A stretch of 64,000 bases of DNA from Candidatus Uhrbacteria bacterium (GTDB taxonomy: Bacteria > Patescibacteriota > Patescibacteriia > UBA9934 > GWF2-40-263), in assembly GCA_014239775.1 (NCBI GenBank), contig JAAZYG010000005.1:6746-70745 (forward strand). Direction: 5' to 3'. This document shows positions 62,800 through 64,000 of the stretch, one piece after another. A program made the position numbers and the translations under genes. The notes beneath the pieces were generated by a model. That model made no database searches, was not told the origin of the DNA, and worked only from the letters and a program-made list of their open reading frames with translations. The stretch's first letter is position 1. Every line of letters begins with the position of its first letter.

Positions 62800-64000
62800 T
62801 ACCCAGTCGTGAAATAAACAACCAACCTACAATGCCTTGGCAAAGTAATTAGGGAGTAAATTAATCGACAGTTAGAAGATAATCAAAATATTTAATGTGC
62901 TCGCTTGCGGGTCATAAAATAAAAATTTTCTTCTAATGGTAGATACGGTTATTTAAAATGATCAACTAAAACCACAATTTAAGGATTGGTTTAACAACTT
63001 TCATCCATAAATTGAAAAGTATTTTCGTCATTAAATGTTTGTGTGCGATCTCAGGATTACATCCAACGATCTGTGGCATAATGAAAATACGGTAAGTCAT
63101 TGAGATTTTTAAATAATTGAATCAAAATCAACTGAAGGTTTAGGTATGAAGCTTGTTGCTTTCTAGGATTGATAAACAACTCACGAAGTTTTTCTCCCCT
63201 ACAGCACAGCCATTGCCACTAGATTGTAAAGTACTCTGAATGGTTCCATGGAATCACAAAGACCGCTTCAACAGCTAGTTAGTTATTAGTAATCAAAACT
63301 CTTAGGCAACTAGGAGACTACTGAAACTGAATCCACGGACGTTTAAAGGTCACCATACCCTCAAACAACCAATGATTTAGCGGAACTATTAATTTGAATA
63401 CTAATGACTTTGAGTGGACCATGGTGGAACACTTTAAACTGAAAGTTGATTTGTGAAATTGGTGGCAACACTTATTTCACACGTTCCTCCTATGTAAACT
63501 TTAGCAATTAAGAATCAATCTGAATTGAGTATTATCCATTTTCAACATCTGGAAACATACAAAAGACAGATAGGTAAATTGATTTGCTTTGCACACATCA
63601 GTGGCAACACTTGATAATACAACGCTTTTTAAGCAGTATGTGCATATAAAAGTTTGCGGGTTTTCAAACAACTGAAGAGTTTGTGTGGAAATGACATGAA
63701 ATACTGTCACTTCCCTAGATTACGCATTCGCGTTTTGTCATCATTGCAACTTGAGTGTCACAACAAAAGTAGCAAGACTGCACAAAGTAAAAAATGAGCA
63801 ATCAAGAAAACACAAGCTTAACAGTGAGAGGATGGATTTCACTCCTGAATCTCGTGTGATGAAAAAATGAAGGCAGTTGGATGAAGATCTGATAGTAAAG
63901 AATTTATTCTAGGATAAATCCTAACTAACAGATCTGATTCCTCTGCTGACATTGGAACAACTCTTAGAGCTCTCAGCTTGCTGTGAGCTCTTTTTCTTTT
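62800..64000 (+). ncRNA. ~1.2-kb ORF-free transcription unit (candidate long noncoding RNA, or decayed/unknown region)
   Basis: No plus-strand ORF of 60 aa or more, and only one junk-like minus ORF. Bounded by a promoter candidate and a terminator. Two hairpins display the same GTGGCAACAC loop (63463-63472, 63601-63610), with a complementary TTGCCACT at 63213-63220. Confidence 0.3.
63966..64000 (+). terminator. intrinsic terminator at the window edge
   Basis: AGAGCTC-T-CAG, loop CTTG, CTG-T-GAGCTCT, followed by TTTTCTTTT. Confidence 0.65.

Overview
This is a gene-dense, AT-rich bacterial chromosome segment. My hand counts of single 60-nt rows in housekeeping genes give ~32-37% G+C. About 85% of genes are on the minus strand up to ~60.9 kb, and the remaining genes are on the plus strand.

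The backbone includes lower glycolysis (gap-pgk-eno-gpmI plus tpiA), r-proteins L33/L10/L7-L12/S2/L31, EF-Ts, RRF, RF1, GlyRS, MreB, MltG, DUF4012, a GT2/GT4 cluster, XseAB, UvrD and LexA-DinB, plus many small membrane-anchored orphans. This looks like a streamlined Patescibacteria/CPR-type genome; that is inference, not a database result. The genetic code is standard, since TAA, TAG and TGA all terminate ORFs. Three tRNAs and rpmG are missing from the supplied ORF track.

Five single-gene islets with visibly higher G+C (43-55% in the rows I counted) sit on this backbone. Each has its own TTGACA-like promoter candidate (TTGACA-N17 for four of them) and a hairpin terminator:
- 3.5-5.9 kb: a class III nucleotidyl-cyclase fusion next to tRNA-Thr.
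- 13.0-15.3 kb: an orphan 411-aa zinc-ribbon/basic-tail protein, preceded by a ~750-nt ORF-free, hairpin-dense leader and followed by a structured 3' region. This is my top candidate for something new.
- 29.5-30.0 kb: a 4x tandem zinc-ribbon repeat protein.
- 46.1-47.4 kb: an orphan 405-aa helical protein.
- 58.3-59.8 kb: an M20 peptidase.

The last 1.5 kb (62.5-64.0 kb) has no credible ORF. It does have promoter/terminator signals and hairpins consistent with one small and one ~1.2-kb noncoding transcript.

I could not assign any of these loci to a known defence or mobile-element family from sequence alone. There is no CRISPR array, integrase, transposase or rRNA in the window.
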